In this document: positions 11,170-22,760 of the stretch, piece by piece
Position numbering within the stretch: position 1 is the stretch's first letter
Layout: each line of letters starts with the position of its first letter
NCBI GenBank assembly: GCA_964016885.1
Contig: OZ024747.1
Span: 32,054,001-32,118,000 of the forward strand
Direction: 5' to 3'
Source of the DNA: Eledone cirrhosa
Lineage: Eukaryota
DNA: 64,000 nucleotides
Made by a program: the position numbers and the translations under genes
Notes under the pieces: generated by a model
What the model saw: only the letters and a program-made list of their open reading frames with translations
Told to the model about the DNA's origin: nothing
The model's database searches: none

Positions 11170-12760
11170 TAACAGACTGTATAATAGGTAGTATGGATGT
11201 AATGTCCCTATACCCATCCACTGACGTGGATTTTGCTGTGGAGAAATGCGTAGAAATGATCAGTGAGAGCAATGTTGAATTCCGTGGGATTGATACCAGT
11301 ACTTATAGTAATGATTATCTAGATACGTATGACCTTAGCAACCTCTGCCCCACCAAGGCCAGCAAGAGGCAGACCACCTACCATTACCTCAATGACCAGG
11401 AAAACCCAAACAGAAACATGGAACTGGTGGACCAGAGTTATACGGACCCCCGAAAACCATGAGCTAAAGAAAATGATTGCACATGCGGTGGGGGCCAGTA
11501 TAAAACTAACCCTTAAGGAACGTATGTTCAAATTTAATGGAAAAACATATGCCCAAGAGGAGGGAGCAGCCATTGGTGTTAGCATTGCAGGTGACATAGC
11601 TAACCTATTCATGGTATGGTGGGACAATAAACTTAAAGAACAATTAGAAGACAGCAACCTCTTAACCCTGATAATGTACTCTCGCTACGTTGATGATATA
11701 AACATCGTAGTAAAAACACCCCCACTAGAGAACAGTCAGGAATTAGAGCAGTTAGCAAATAGCTAACTCCATCAACCAGAGTATTAGAGTTACTATAGAC
11801 TACATAAGCAAACACCCCAACCATCGATTAGCTGTACTAGACACAGAGCTCTGGTTAGAAACAATTAATAACAAAAAAACAGATCCTCCATTCTCATTAT
11901 GCCAAACCCATGACTTCCAAATATCTGATCCACCGAAACTCAGCTGTTTCGGATCACACCAAAATCAACATACTGATTACGGATTTAGTACGGGTGATGA
12001 GAAATGTGTCCCGGATGTGCAACTCCAAAGAACTAGAGAGACACATACAACTCTTCATCCACCGTACGCAGTTCTCTGGTTACAATCAGAGTATAAAGAG
12101 GAGCCAGAACCAAATGGTAAAAAATGGGAAATAATGATACAAATGGGACCTGCCCCTTGTATAGGAGCAAATTTTGGAATAGAATAAAAAGAACTAGGAA
12201 TAAGGTTAATAGAATAAACTCATGGTATGATAGCAATAAATACCAGAGTGTAATGTTCATCAATACAACCCCTAGAGGTGAACTAGCTTACAAATTTAGA
12301 AGGGCCCTAGATAAACTTAAACTAAATATTAAGATAGTGGAAAGACCAGGTACCTCCATAAAAACACTTATTAGTAATACATACCCCTTTCAAAGACCTC
12401 CCTGTACAGATAAGGAATGCATAATCTGTAAACTAAGCCCCCATATTAACTGTAACACTAGAAACATAGTATATAGCATAAGATGTACTGAAGGACAATG
12501 TAAAGATAAGAATATAGTGTACATAGGTGAGACAGCTCGTAGTATAGGAGAACGATTAAATGAACACTGGCGAGAGCTTCAAGATAGAAAAGAATCATCA
12601 GTACTCCACCAACATGCTAAAATAGAACATAAGGGCAAATTAGAGAACATACAGAAAAGACGCAATGTTTAGACAAATCACAGAGGCAATAAACATAAAT
12701 GAACTCCAACCAAAATTAAATAGAAAACATGAATGGAATAACAACATCACAACTTACAAT
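11170..12760 (+). pseudogene. Disrupted PLE RT/GIY-YIG ORF
   Basis: ORFs 11043-11462, 11329-11766, 11910-12134 and 12124-12672, separated by frameshifts. Confidence 0.85.
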
Positions 12761-12960
12761 TAAGGACAAAATTAAAACACACACACACATAGAACAAACA
12801 ACCAATCAGTAACATGTAAATAAACAAATAAATAAACAAATAAAAACACACACAGACACCCGGATGTAACACATGCGCAAACTAAGCACACAACACACAC
12901 AAAAACAAGATGGCGTAGGACAGAACAAAGGAGAGGCACAAAACAAAGGAAAAATCCCCA

Positions 12961-13003
12961 GTCACTGAAGAGGTCACAGAATGTGTGACGATAGAACTTT
13001 GAC
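12961..13003 (+). ncRNA. Minimal hammerhead-like motif (GATA variant) downstream of the PLE ORF
   Basis: gtca CTGAAGA g gtcaca-gaatg-tgtgac GATA gaac TT tgac. Confidence 0.65.
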
Positions 13004-13289
13004 AATATATGAACAACCGTCCGGTTGTGGAACCAACCAACCAACCGGAAATTTATAAATTTATAATTTAATTTATAATAAATTGGAGTGAAAGCATCTG
13101 GTGCGTGTGTTTCTTATTTCTGTCAGCACCAAATAACCTCCACCACTTTTGGTTGTGCCAACCAAACCACAATGCTTTGTATAGATGTGTTTCAAAATTA
13201 CCATTAAATGTAAAGCACAGTAAAATGCTAGTTTACAAAAATTTGATATATATACATTCGTAATACTTTTTCTTTTTCATTATATAAAA

Positions 13290-13490
13290 ATACACTATAA
13301 TTGTGCCATCTAGTTCCATGCTGTAAATGTGGTTGGTGGTCAGCTGTAAAATCCCCAGCCAAATATAGTCCCGTTGGAGCAAGGTACCGCATGCCCAATT
13401 TTGGCCAGACATGTCTCCCAACATGGACAGCCCGTCTGACCCATGCAAGCATGGACAAATGGGCGCTAGACAGTGATGATGATGATGATA
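13290..13490 (+). mobile_element. Short RTE-derived element
   Basis: GCTGTAAATGTGGTTGGTG...CCCGTCTGACCCATGCAAGCATGG...(GAT)n, matching the RTE 3' end. Confidence 0.75.
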
Positions 13491-13546
13491 TATATGTATA
13501 TATAATACAATGACGATTTGTTAAGGTTTCATTACGTTTATTGATT

Positions 13547-13631
13547 GGTGACGTGCATTTCACTATTGATCAGCTGAAGGTTCGATCTGTATCGATCTGG
13601 CCCAACTCTGGAATCAAAAGCTCATCCGACC
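13547..13631 (-). ncRNA. Degenerate hammerhead with long stem II
   Basis: Minus strand reads ggt CGGATGA gcttttgat...atcaatagt GAAA tgcacg TC acc. Confidence 0.55.
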
Positions 13632-14517
13632 TCTCTTGTAGTAAGGATAGAATGGCATATAGATGTCTAACATTCATATGGTGGTCAGTTTATGTTGTTT
13701 TGATTGGTGGATTAATTATGAGGAAATTTTGGCATGTATGATAGGTTGGTGGAGGCGAGCGTCGTGACGATGTAGTGGTGGGGAGCAATGGTTGATGTGA
13801 GTTACGGGGGGGGGGCTTGTCATAGACATATCGGCATGTAGGTGGTGAAGTGGAGGTGTTGTGTGTGTTGGGAATGTGGTAGGGCTGTGCGTGATATGAG
13901 ATGAAAGAATGCGGTGTTGTACTAGGGGTAGGGGAGGGGTTAACTTGTCATCGGTTTGTCATGGGGTTATGGCTAGGTTGTCCTGTTTAGACATCGTTAA
14001 AGATGATATGTGCTATAACGAATTAATGAGGTGATACGAATGCTATGAGGTTAGTGCTTGTAAAGACCATTGAATAGTCTATAAAGACAAATTTTATAGA
14101 AAAAACATTGTTGCTAGAACCGTGCATGTAGGGGCCAGATACCTGTCCAGTGCATATTGTGGGAAAGAGTATACAAAGGAAAATAAATAAACCTGTGTAC
14201 ACACTCACCCAGGGGCATATGTCCACGCTTGCAGATCCACACAACCAAGAATGTAAATATATATATATATATATATATAAATGTAAGTATGTATGTATAC
14301 GTACATACATATATGTATACAGACGTACAGTAGCATGCATATATATATATATATATATATACATACAGGTACACATACATATATGTACGTATCAGTTTAG
14401 CGGACGCTTATTATAACGCCCGCTTTGTTCGTTTGTAAACAAACTGAACAGCCTGAATTTATGCCGTACGGTGTTAAGGCAACCACGTCACCTTTTTGTT
14501 CAACACTGACACAGGAA

Positions 14518-14558
14518 CGATGTACTCGTTTCAAGCTTGTTAGCTATCATCAGCACCG
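14518..14558 (-). ncRNA. Minimal type I hammerhead
   Basis: Minus strand reads cggtg CTGATGA tagct-aaca-agctt GAAA cgag TA catcg. Confidence 0.78.
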
Positions 14559-14632
14559 TATACCCTTCTGCCAGATGGTTGAACGTATGTACATATACTT
14601 TCGAACGTTCAACCATCTGGCAGAAGGGTATA

Positions 14633-14673
14633 CGGTGCTGATGATAGCTAACAAGCTTGAAACTAGTACATCG
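14633..14673 (+). ncRNA. Minimal type I hammerhead with palindromic stem III
   Basis: cggtg CTGATGA tagct-aaca-agctt GAAA ctag TA catcg; stem III is ACTAGT. Confidence 0.85.
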
Positions 14674-14825
14674 TTCCTGTGTCAGTGTTGAACAAAAAGG
14701 TGACGTGGTTGCCTTAACACCGTACGGCATAAATTCAGTCTGTTCAGTTTGTTTACAAACGAACAAAGCGGGCGTTATAATAAGCGTCCGCTAAACTGAT
14801 ACGTACATATATGTATGTGTACCTG

Positions 14826-14867
<42 letters not shown>

Positions 14868-15128
14868 TGCTACTGTACGTCTGTATACATATATGTATGT
14901 ACGTATACATACATACTTACATTTAAGTAAGTGCCGTACTAAGAGTGAGAAATGAAATTTCGTTTTCATTTTATTACAACTTATATATATATATAGAGAG
15001 AGAGAGATTAACTTACTGGTAAGAGGATAGTAATTAAAGACTATCTCTCACTATTTAGGGTTTGTGTATATATAATATATTACCATCAAAGGTTTTATTG
15101 CATACATAACCATAAATAGTACCCTTAA

Positions 15129-15167
<39 letters not shown>

Positions 15168-15170
<3 letters not shown>

Positions 15171-15945
15171 AAAAGAATGAAACGAAATTTCATTTCTCAC
15201 TCTTAGTACGGCTGATACTTAAATATAAGTATGTACACGTACATACATATTTGTATACAGACGTACAGTAGTATGTATATATATACATACATGCACACAT
15301 ATATATATATATATGTACGTTATGGTTTACCAAATTTTTATTATAATGTTCGGTTTGTTTGTAAACAAACAGCCCGAATTACGCCGTACAGTGTTCAGGC
15401 AACCATCGTCGCCTTTTTGTTCAACACTGACAAAGCAACGATGTACTAGTTTCCAGCTTATTAGCTATCGTCAGCATCGTATACCTTCCTGCCAGATGAT
15501 TGAACGTCTGAAAGTATATACTTTCCTTATGCATATTAACGGCTGAGCAGCCTAATTTGCATATCGAGTGAGTTAGTCATCCGGGCGCAACGAAAACGAT
15601 AAATGGAAAAGAAGGAAACCAAATTTCATTTCTCACTCTTAGTATGGCTGATACTTAAATGTAAGTATGTATATGTACATACATATATGTATGCAGACGT
15701 ACAGTAGTATGTATATATATAAACTAGTACATCGTTGCTTTGTCAGTGTTGAACAAAAAGGCGACGATGGTTGCCTGAACACTGTACGGCGTAATTCGGG
15801 CTGTTTGTTTACAAACAAACCGAACATTATAATAAATGTTCGGTAAACCCATACGTACATATATATATATATGTGCATGTATGTATATATATACATACTA
15901 CTGTACGTCTGCATACATATATGTATGTACGTATACATACATACT
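15168..15945. mobile_element. Further copies of the 14.4-kb pseudo-LTR family (direct copy 15168-15545, partial copy 15604-15720, inverted partial copy 15721-15945)
   Basis: Homology to 14277-14970; flanked by (TA)n. Confidence 0.85.
15439..15479 (-). ncRNA. Minimal type I hammerhead
   Basis: Minus strand reads cgatg CTGACGA tagct-aata-agctg GAAA ctag TA catcg. Confidence 0.85.
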
Positions 15946-15946
15946 T

Positions 15947-16015
<69 letters not shown>

Positions 16016-16046
16016 TCTACACACATATATATCTATCTACACACAT

Positions 16047-16174
<128 letters not shown>

Positions 16175-16674
16175 GAAAATACCAATGGAGGAGAAAGATG
16201 TACATGTAGTGCATATTGGTAAAGGGAGTGATCAGACCATGTAAGTGTTGATGAGATAGTCTGGTAGTAGGGTAGAGTGGAGCCAGGTTCTCATACAGGG
16301 ATTGGGAGGGGATTTAAATGATGGAGAAGCAAACAAGTTTATATATAAATATAAACTATTTACACACTTAGCAGTCCAAATAAAAAGAAGTACTGGTGTA
16401 TGCATAGTTGTTCAATAACAGAGAGGTGTACATATGCAAACTTGCACTCATATATTCACACACAAATAAATGCACATGTACACATACATATTCATACATA
16501 AAACATACTGCCATGTTTTTATATACATTAAATATTGTATGTGTAAACAATTACATATCTAAATACATAAACGCACACACACCTGTGTGCTTGTACAAAC
16601 AATGCTCAGATAAACTTATATACACCAATATGTACATATATATTCATATGTATGTGTGTGTATGTGTATATATA

Positions 16675-17322
16675 TCATCATCATCATCTTCGTTTAACAT
16701 CCATCTTCCACGTTTGGGGGGACTTTTCCCACTTGAGGCAAGATTGGTCGAGTAACCGTGTGTCGCTCATATAGGACTATCTGGCAGGTTTTCTACGGCT
16801 GGATGCCCTTCCTACCACCAACCACGTTTACAGTGTGGAACTGGGAACTTTTTACCGTGTTACCTACATGGCCACATTACAGCGTAGACTGTATGTTTTT
16901 TTGTAGTGACACCTACACGATCTCGTTTATTTTGGACTGGATTTTGTGGTTCCAACATAACTTTACAGAGAAATGGTGGTGTTGGTGGAGGTGGGGGTGG
17001 GGTGGAGTAGGAGTAGTGTGTTGGGGTGTATATTTGGTTAAGAGGTGCCTACTGACTGTAGGTTTCGCTTTGTACGTAGGCCAGGCGGGTCTTCTGTATT
17101 ACTGTGTAGCGCCAAAGATCTCGGTCCAGTGACATTGTCTTAGAGAGGTACAAGTGTGGCCAACAGTGTTATAAGCTCTCTGAACTTTTTCCATTCCGTT
17201 CTGACTCTGGCTACTGTACTTTCAGAGCACCCTCCACCACTGCTGATTTTGTCATCCAGTAACGGAAAGTGTCCACTATTTTCTATAGAACCATCTGGGC
17301 AATAGAAGGAGCTAGTATCCTG
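16675..17322 (-). mobile_element. RTE family A 3' fragment with internal deletion
   Basis: Reverse complement of about 3390-3555 joined to 3930-4430; (CAT)n tail. Confidence 0.9.
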
Positions 17323-17530
17323 TGTATATATATATATATGTATATGTATAAGCATATATATATATATATATATGTAGATAAATGTATATTCCCTCTGATA
17401 GTTTGTATAAATATTGTACATAGAATATGCATACCAAACTCTAACACATATATATCCTAGAAACGATCGTAAAATAATGAACTTTTTTAATATAAGGAAC
17501 TGTTTCTTTGTTTATTCATTATTTTTTTAA

Positions 17531-17587
<57 letters not shown>

Positions 17588-17595
<8 letters not shown>

Positions 17596-18196
17596 AAGGT
17601 TTAGCAAATAATGAAAAAGTTTCAAAATAAATTTTAAAAAATTGACTTTACCTACTATAGTTACCTTTACCGATCGGTTTCGAATCCCAAAAATAAAACG
17701 GAGACCATACGGCCTTCGTTGCAAAGAAAGATTCTCGTTGAGAACAAATTTGGTCGTTCTGACTGCTGCTCGCGATAGCTGTGGCTGGTTTGACCTACCT
17801 CCTTCTGCCTCTATCTTTGCTTCGGCCCTTGATAAACCTGTTTCTACATCATCCACTCTCATCCCGGGAACAGTTTTGATAGCGCTAGTCTGTGATTTAA
17901 ATTCAGGAATTTTATATTCTTTGAATGAAAAGAACCTTCTGACGAGAATCTTTCTTTGCAACGAAGGCCGTATGGTCTCCGTTTTATTTTTGGGATTCGA
18001 AACCGATCGGTAAAGGTAACTATAGTAGGTAAAGTCAATTTTTTAAAATTTACTTTGAAACTTTTTCATTATTTGCTAAACCTTGTTTATATTTGTTCTG
18101 GCTCGTTAATTTATTAACCCGCCATTGAACCACACTGGCATTTGGTTGGACAATACATGCGTACCTAGCGCCTTGTGCGTGAAGGAACACATATCC

Positions 18197-18200
<4 letters not shown>
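17588..18200. mobile_element. Fold-back pseudo-LTR insertion (arms 17588-17738 and 17942-18092, plus 3' tail)
   Basis: About 150-bp inverted arms between (TA)n tracts. Confidence 0.85.
17934..18017 (+). ncRNA. Type I hammerhead with extended stem II
   Basis: acctt CTGACGA gaatc...gattc GAAA ccgatcgg TA aaggt. Confidence 0.8.
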
Positions 18201-18247
<47 letters not shown>

Positions 18248-18249
<2 letters not shown>

Positions 18250-18347
18250 AACCAGTAAGACCCCGACGGCTGAGCTCAAGCCGTTTCGACGGCTAATTAG
18301 CCGTCGAAACGGCTTGAGCTCAGCCGTCGGGGTCTTACTGGTTCCTA
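18248..18347. repeat. Perfect ~100-bp palindrome containing a hammerhead 3' half on each strand
   Basis: Centre GCTAATTAGC; followed by GAAA cggcttgagctcagccg TC ggggtc. Confidence 0.9.
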
Positions 18348-18423
18348 TTACCCACTCTACTTCCCCAAGTATTGAGTACTTTGGTGCGTTATGGTCCACT
18401 TGGTTCCTTACCACATTTCCTTC

Positions 18424-18464
<41 letters not shown>

Positions 18465-18611
18465 AGGAGTTGACGGACCCACCATATTTATCAATGCCAG
18501 GACCGGTTGTATCTCAGCGCACTCAATAGACAATGTAGGATACATTCCCAGAATATACACATAGTTATTCGCTTCAATACAACACACGTAAAACGGGTGC
18601 CTATATAAGTT

Positions 18612-18711
18612 CCCGGACTCGACTTTCGGCCACACTTAATGCAGCAGTAAGGTGCACTGCACCATCCGTCTGCAACAATGCATAATCGGCGTATGTGGCT
18701 TCATCGGCGGG
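18612..18711 (-). ncRNA. Hammerhead with long branched stem II (copy 1)
   Basis: Minus strand reads cccg CCGATGA agccacat...gtgtggcc GAAA gtcgag TC cggg. Confidence 0.7.
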
Positions 18712-19444
18712 TATCGCCTAATCAATAACCAATTGATCGACAGAATCCAAACCCCAGCCCATGCCGGTCATGACTGTTTGTGACGGCCGACACGGTAAAA
18801 CGATTAGCAACTGGAATCTAACACAACCCTGTCCCTCGACCAGCCTCCGATTTACAAACTCTACGTAGTGGCGGGAAAATAGAAAACAAATCTTTTCGTT
18901 CCCGTCAAAAGCTGCCAGCCAACGTGTCTCACACACAAATTATCAAGAGGTGAAAAGATGGCTATTAGAAATAGCAGTTCACATTGATGTATAATAGAAT
19001 GGTAGCATTCGGCTCATGTCTCCAAGTCCCATGGCTAGAGGAAAGCGATAGCAACAGTGGTAGTGTCAATAACCTTTAACGGACATTAAATGCCATTATC
19101 TATTATAGAGTGATACATAGTAGCGAGCTGGATTGCGGCAACCGCGTGTGTAAAACCAGTCTATTTCACAACTTAAAAGAGTGAGAGATAAAATTAATAG
19201 CAGGAATTAGAGCACATATCAAAACAAAACAATAAAAAAAGTGAAAAATTGTTTAACTTACTCTCATTGGTCCACTAGTTGGGAGATAATAATAATAAGG
19301 AGTTGACGGACCCAGCATATTTATCAATGCCAGGACCGGTTGTATCTCAGCGTACTCAATAGGCAATGTAGGATACACTCCCAGAGTATACACATAGTTA
19401 TTCGCTTCAATACAACACACGTAAAACGGGTGCCTATAATAGTT

Positions 19445-19555
19445 CCCGGACTTGAGTTTCGGCCACACTTAATGCAGCATTAGGGTGCACTGCACCCTCT
19501 GTCTGCATATATTATGTAATAATGCATAATCGGCGTATGTGGCTTTATCAGCGGG
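19445..19555 (-). ncRNA. Hammerhead with long branched stem II (copy 2)
   Basis: Minus strand reads cccg CTGATAA agccacat...gtgtggcc GAAA ctcaag TC cggg. Confidence 0.7.
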
Positions 19556-20232
19556 CATCGCCTAAGCAATATATTTATGTATATGTATATATGTATATGT
19601 TATATATATATATATGTATATGTTATATATATTTATATATATATATATATATATATGTATACATGTAAATATAAATTCAGCGAGAATCGCATTTCGGCAG
19701 GTAGAAAGAGCAAAACGTAACACAAATTCCGAGTCATGCTGGCAAGCGCTCCATAGTCTAAAAGACTAGAGCAATAAACATATGTTATAAAGGCCATACA
19801 AACTGAGAAGGCGGTCAAGAAGCTATAGACCACCTAAGCCAAATAACAAGTGAAACTAAACAGGTCAGACGAAATAAATGACATAATCATATACATATAC
19901 ATATATACACATATATATAACAAACCTGGACCCCTGGAATTGATGGTAAAATCCAGTACAGGGTTTCTGCGACACCTAAATCAATATTACTTTCTGCTTA
20001 AAACAAGCTTTTGGTATAATGATCGAACAAGGAATATCACGTTATCAACAGGTAGTTTCTTCTGCGCCAGTCTTGTGGATGACAGAGTGCTCAGTAAAAG
20101 CACATGTGTAACTCACAAGGGTAAAAACCCTAGATTTTGGCAAATGAATTCAGTATGTGTAAATCATGCAAAAAATTGCATAAATAGCACAAATCGAATA
20201 AGCACTCAACCGGCTAGACATGTATATTATAT

Positions 20233-20896
20233 ATGAAGCCTGCATGCTCCGATGGATATGTAATAGTAATATACGCGAACGGCAAAGAATAAATGAATTG
20301 AGGAAGAGACTGAGCATAAGAGGAATCATATACTGTGTGCAGGGGAGGCGGTTGCGTTGGTATGGACATGTGATGCGTATGAAGGATGACAGCTGCATAA
20401 AAAGGTGCAGACTACCAGAAGTCAATGGAAACCGTGGAGTGTGGAGATCCAAGAAGACCTGGGATGAAGTGATAAAAGCCGACCTTACCCAATGACACCT
20501 CTCAAAGGCGATGGCACAGGACTGTGACCTCTGGCGTCACGCAGTAATACAGAGTACCCCACCTCCCATGGGTACAAGCCGAAGCTGAAGCATATAGACA
20601 ATATGACCCCACACCCTCCCACTGCAAAGTGGTCGTGGAGGTGCCACGGCAAAAAAGCACCCAGCCCACACTGTAAAGTGGACGTGAAGGCGCCACGGAA
20701 AAAAAGCACCCAGCACTCACTGTAAATGAGGTTGGTGTTAGGAAGGGCATCTATCTGTAGAAATCAAGCCAAAATCAGTTCCTGTATGAGCAAGACAAGG
20801 TCAGCCGACCAGACACTGCCCACAACAGGACAACCCGTCTAACCCATGCTAGCGTGGAAGAACGGGCGTAAAACGGTGATGATGATGATGATGATA
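20233..20896 (+). mobile_element. RTE family A-like 3' fragment
   Basis: EACMLRWIC...LRWYGHVMRM; 3' UTR and (GAT)n tail. Confidence 0.92.
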
Positions 20897-20898
20897 TA

Positions 20899-21269
20899 CA
20901 TAGAATAGAAAACGAAAAATCAGTGATGCATCTGAACTCAATTTATTGTGTGTTACAATTGTTTCCTCGGCGGACAGCTCGAGACGCGATCATTGTGTAG
21001 ATCTGTCTGATTCTGGATCTGCAGTTCAGTGAGAGAATATGCTCCGAAATCATTAGACGTGACCGTCGAACCTGCGGGTCCAGAATCAGACAGATCCACA
21101 CAATGATCGCGTCTCGAGCTGTCCGCCGGGGAAACAATTGTAACACACAATAAATTGAGTTCAGATGCACTACTGATTTTTCGTTTTCTATTCTATCATA
21201 CTCTGCACTGTAAGAGCATATAGTGCTCAACCGGCATACCGCCTATGGAAGCACCTTAGTTACCATCAG

Positions 21270-21270
<1 letters not shown>
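20899..21270. repeat. Fold-back insertion (arms about 20899-21022 and 21072-21197) with 3' tail
   Basis: About 125-bp inverted arms; contains GAAA caattg TA acac. Confidence 0.85.
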
Positions 21271-21343
<73 letters not shown>

Positions 21344-21362
21344 ATGTGTGTATGTGTATATG

Positions 21363-21400
<38 letters not shown>

Positions 21401-21574
21401 TATACATATATATATATATATGTGTGTGTGTGTGTATATAATTATGTATGCATATATATATATTATATACATGCATACATAATTTTTCTCTATAAACCAT
21501 ATACCTATACACATCAACAGAGTGTATAATGTAAATCTATGTTCATCTTATAGTTCAAGTTGTGGTAATTGGAA

Positions 21575-21945
21575 GTGTATATATGTCTATAGAGTGTATA
21601 TATGTCTATAGAGTGTATATATGTCTATAGAGTCTACATATGTCTATAGAGTCTATATATGTCTATAGAGTGTATATATGTCTATAGAGTGTATATATGT
21701 CTATAGAGTGTATATATGTCTATAGAGTGTATATATGTCTATAGAGTCTATATATGTCTATAGAGTGTATAAATGTCGATAGAGTCTATATATGTCTATA
21801 GAGTGTATATATGTCTATAGAGTCTATATATGTCTATAGAGTCTATATATGTCTATAGAGTGTATATATGTCTATAGAGTCTATATATGTCTATAGAGTC
21901 TATATATGTCTATGGAGTCTATATATGTCTATAGAGTCTATATAT
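21575..21945. repeat. 19-bp minisatellite GTSTATATATGTCTATAGA, about 19 copies
   Basis: Direct reading. Confidence 0.95.
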
Positions 21946-22003
21946 GCAAAGTTGTACAATCCAGGATTGATGGTGTATGTGTATACATTGTATACATTTA
22001 CAT

Positions 22004-22126
<123 letters not shown>

Positions 22127-22559
22127 CGCACATATACATATGCATTCCTAAGTATGTACATTATATTTACAACCATGTATATCTGTATATGTGTTAAATA
22201 TTAGATTGGAGTTGTGACACTATATATGTATATATGCAAATGCACACATTCTTATATTTTTTTCACTATAGAGCTGAAGAACATATTTGTAAATACTTTT
22301 TGATGTTATTCTTCTCTATAAATGCTGACATATATGGTAGGAATGTGAGTGAATACATATAAAATTAGTTGTATTTAGTCTGGTTGTTGCCATGAATGAA
22401 GACGGGTGTATTTGAAAAAAGACTCAGTAGAACCTGCATTAGGAAAGAGCATCAAAGCTATAGGAACAATTCCAAGTTGAACAAGATGAAGTCATTTCAA
22501 GCTATAGTGTCTCAGACCATGGCAACTCATATAACCAGGCCAGAATAAGAAACAGAGTA

Positions 22560-22760
22560 AAATAACTGTTTCTACATTTGGCAGAAGGCCAGCAATTTGG
22601 AGCGAAGAGGAAAGTCGATTAAATTGACCCAACAATGCAACCGTGGTACTTATTTTATTGAACCCATACGGATGAAAGGCAAAGCTAATATTGGCAGGAT
22701 TTGAACTCAGAATGCCACAAAGTATGTTGTCCGATGCTCCACCAATACTACCCAAAATAA
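22560..22760 (-). mobile_element. Diverged SINE family A
   Basis: GGATGAAAGGCAAAG...GGATTTGAACTCAG. Confidence 0.75.

Larger units (their letters stand above)
10997..13230 (+). mobile_element. Second, unrelated Penelope-like element (5'-truncated, 5' inversion)
   Basis: RT IGSMDVMSLYPS, GAAIGVSIAGDIANLFM, YSRYVDD. Cys-rich linker CTDKECIIC. GIY-YIG NIVYSIRC...YIGETARSIGERLNEH. Confidence 0.88.
14277..14925. repeat. Near-perfect ~650-bp palindrome (fold-back pseudo-LTR)
   Basis: Arms about 14277-14586 and 14605-14925. The six-frame track gives almost the same peptide on both strands. Confidence 0.95.
18460..19570 (-). mobile_element. Two direct copies (18460-18725, 19292-19570) of another pseudo-LTR-like segment
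   Basis: Homologous ~270-bp units separated by ~570 bp; (TA)n flanks. Confidence 0.8.

Noticed and set aside
14425-14766. Paired 88-aa ORFs on opposite strands
   Set aside because: Consequence of the palindrome; no protein motif.
21575-21945. CRISPR-like regular repeat
   Set aside because: Head-to-tail units without unique spacers; eukaryotic context; no cas genes.
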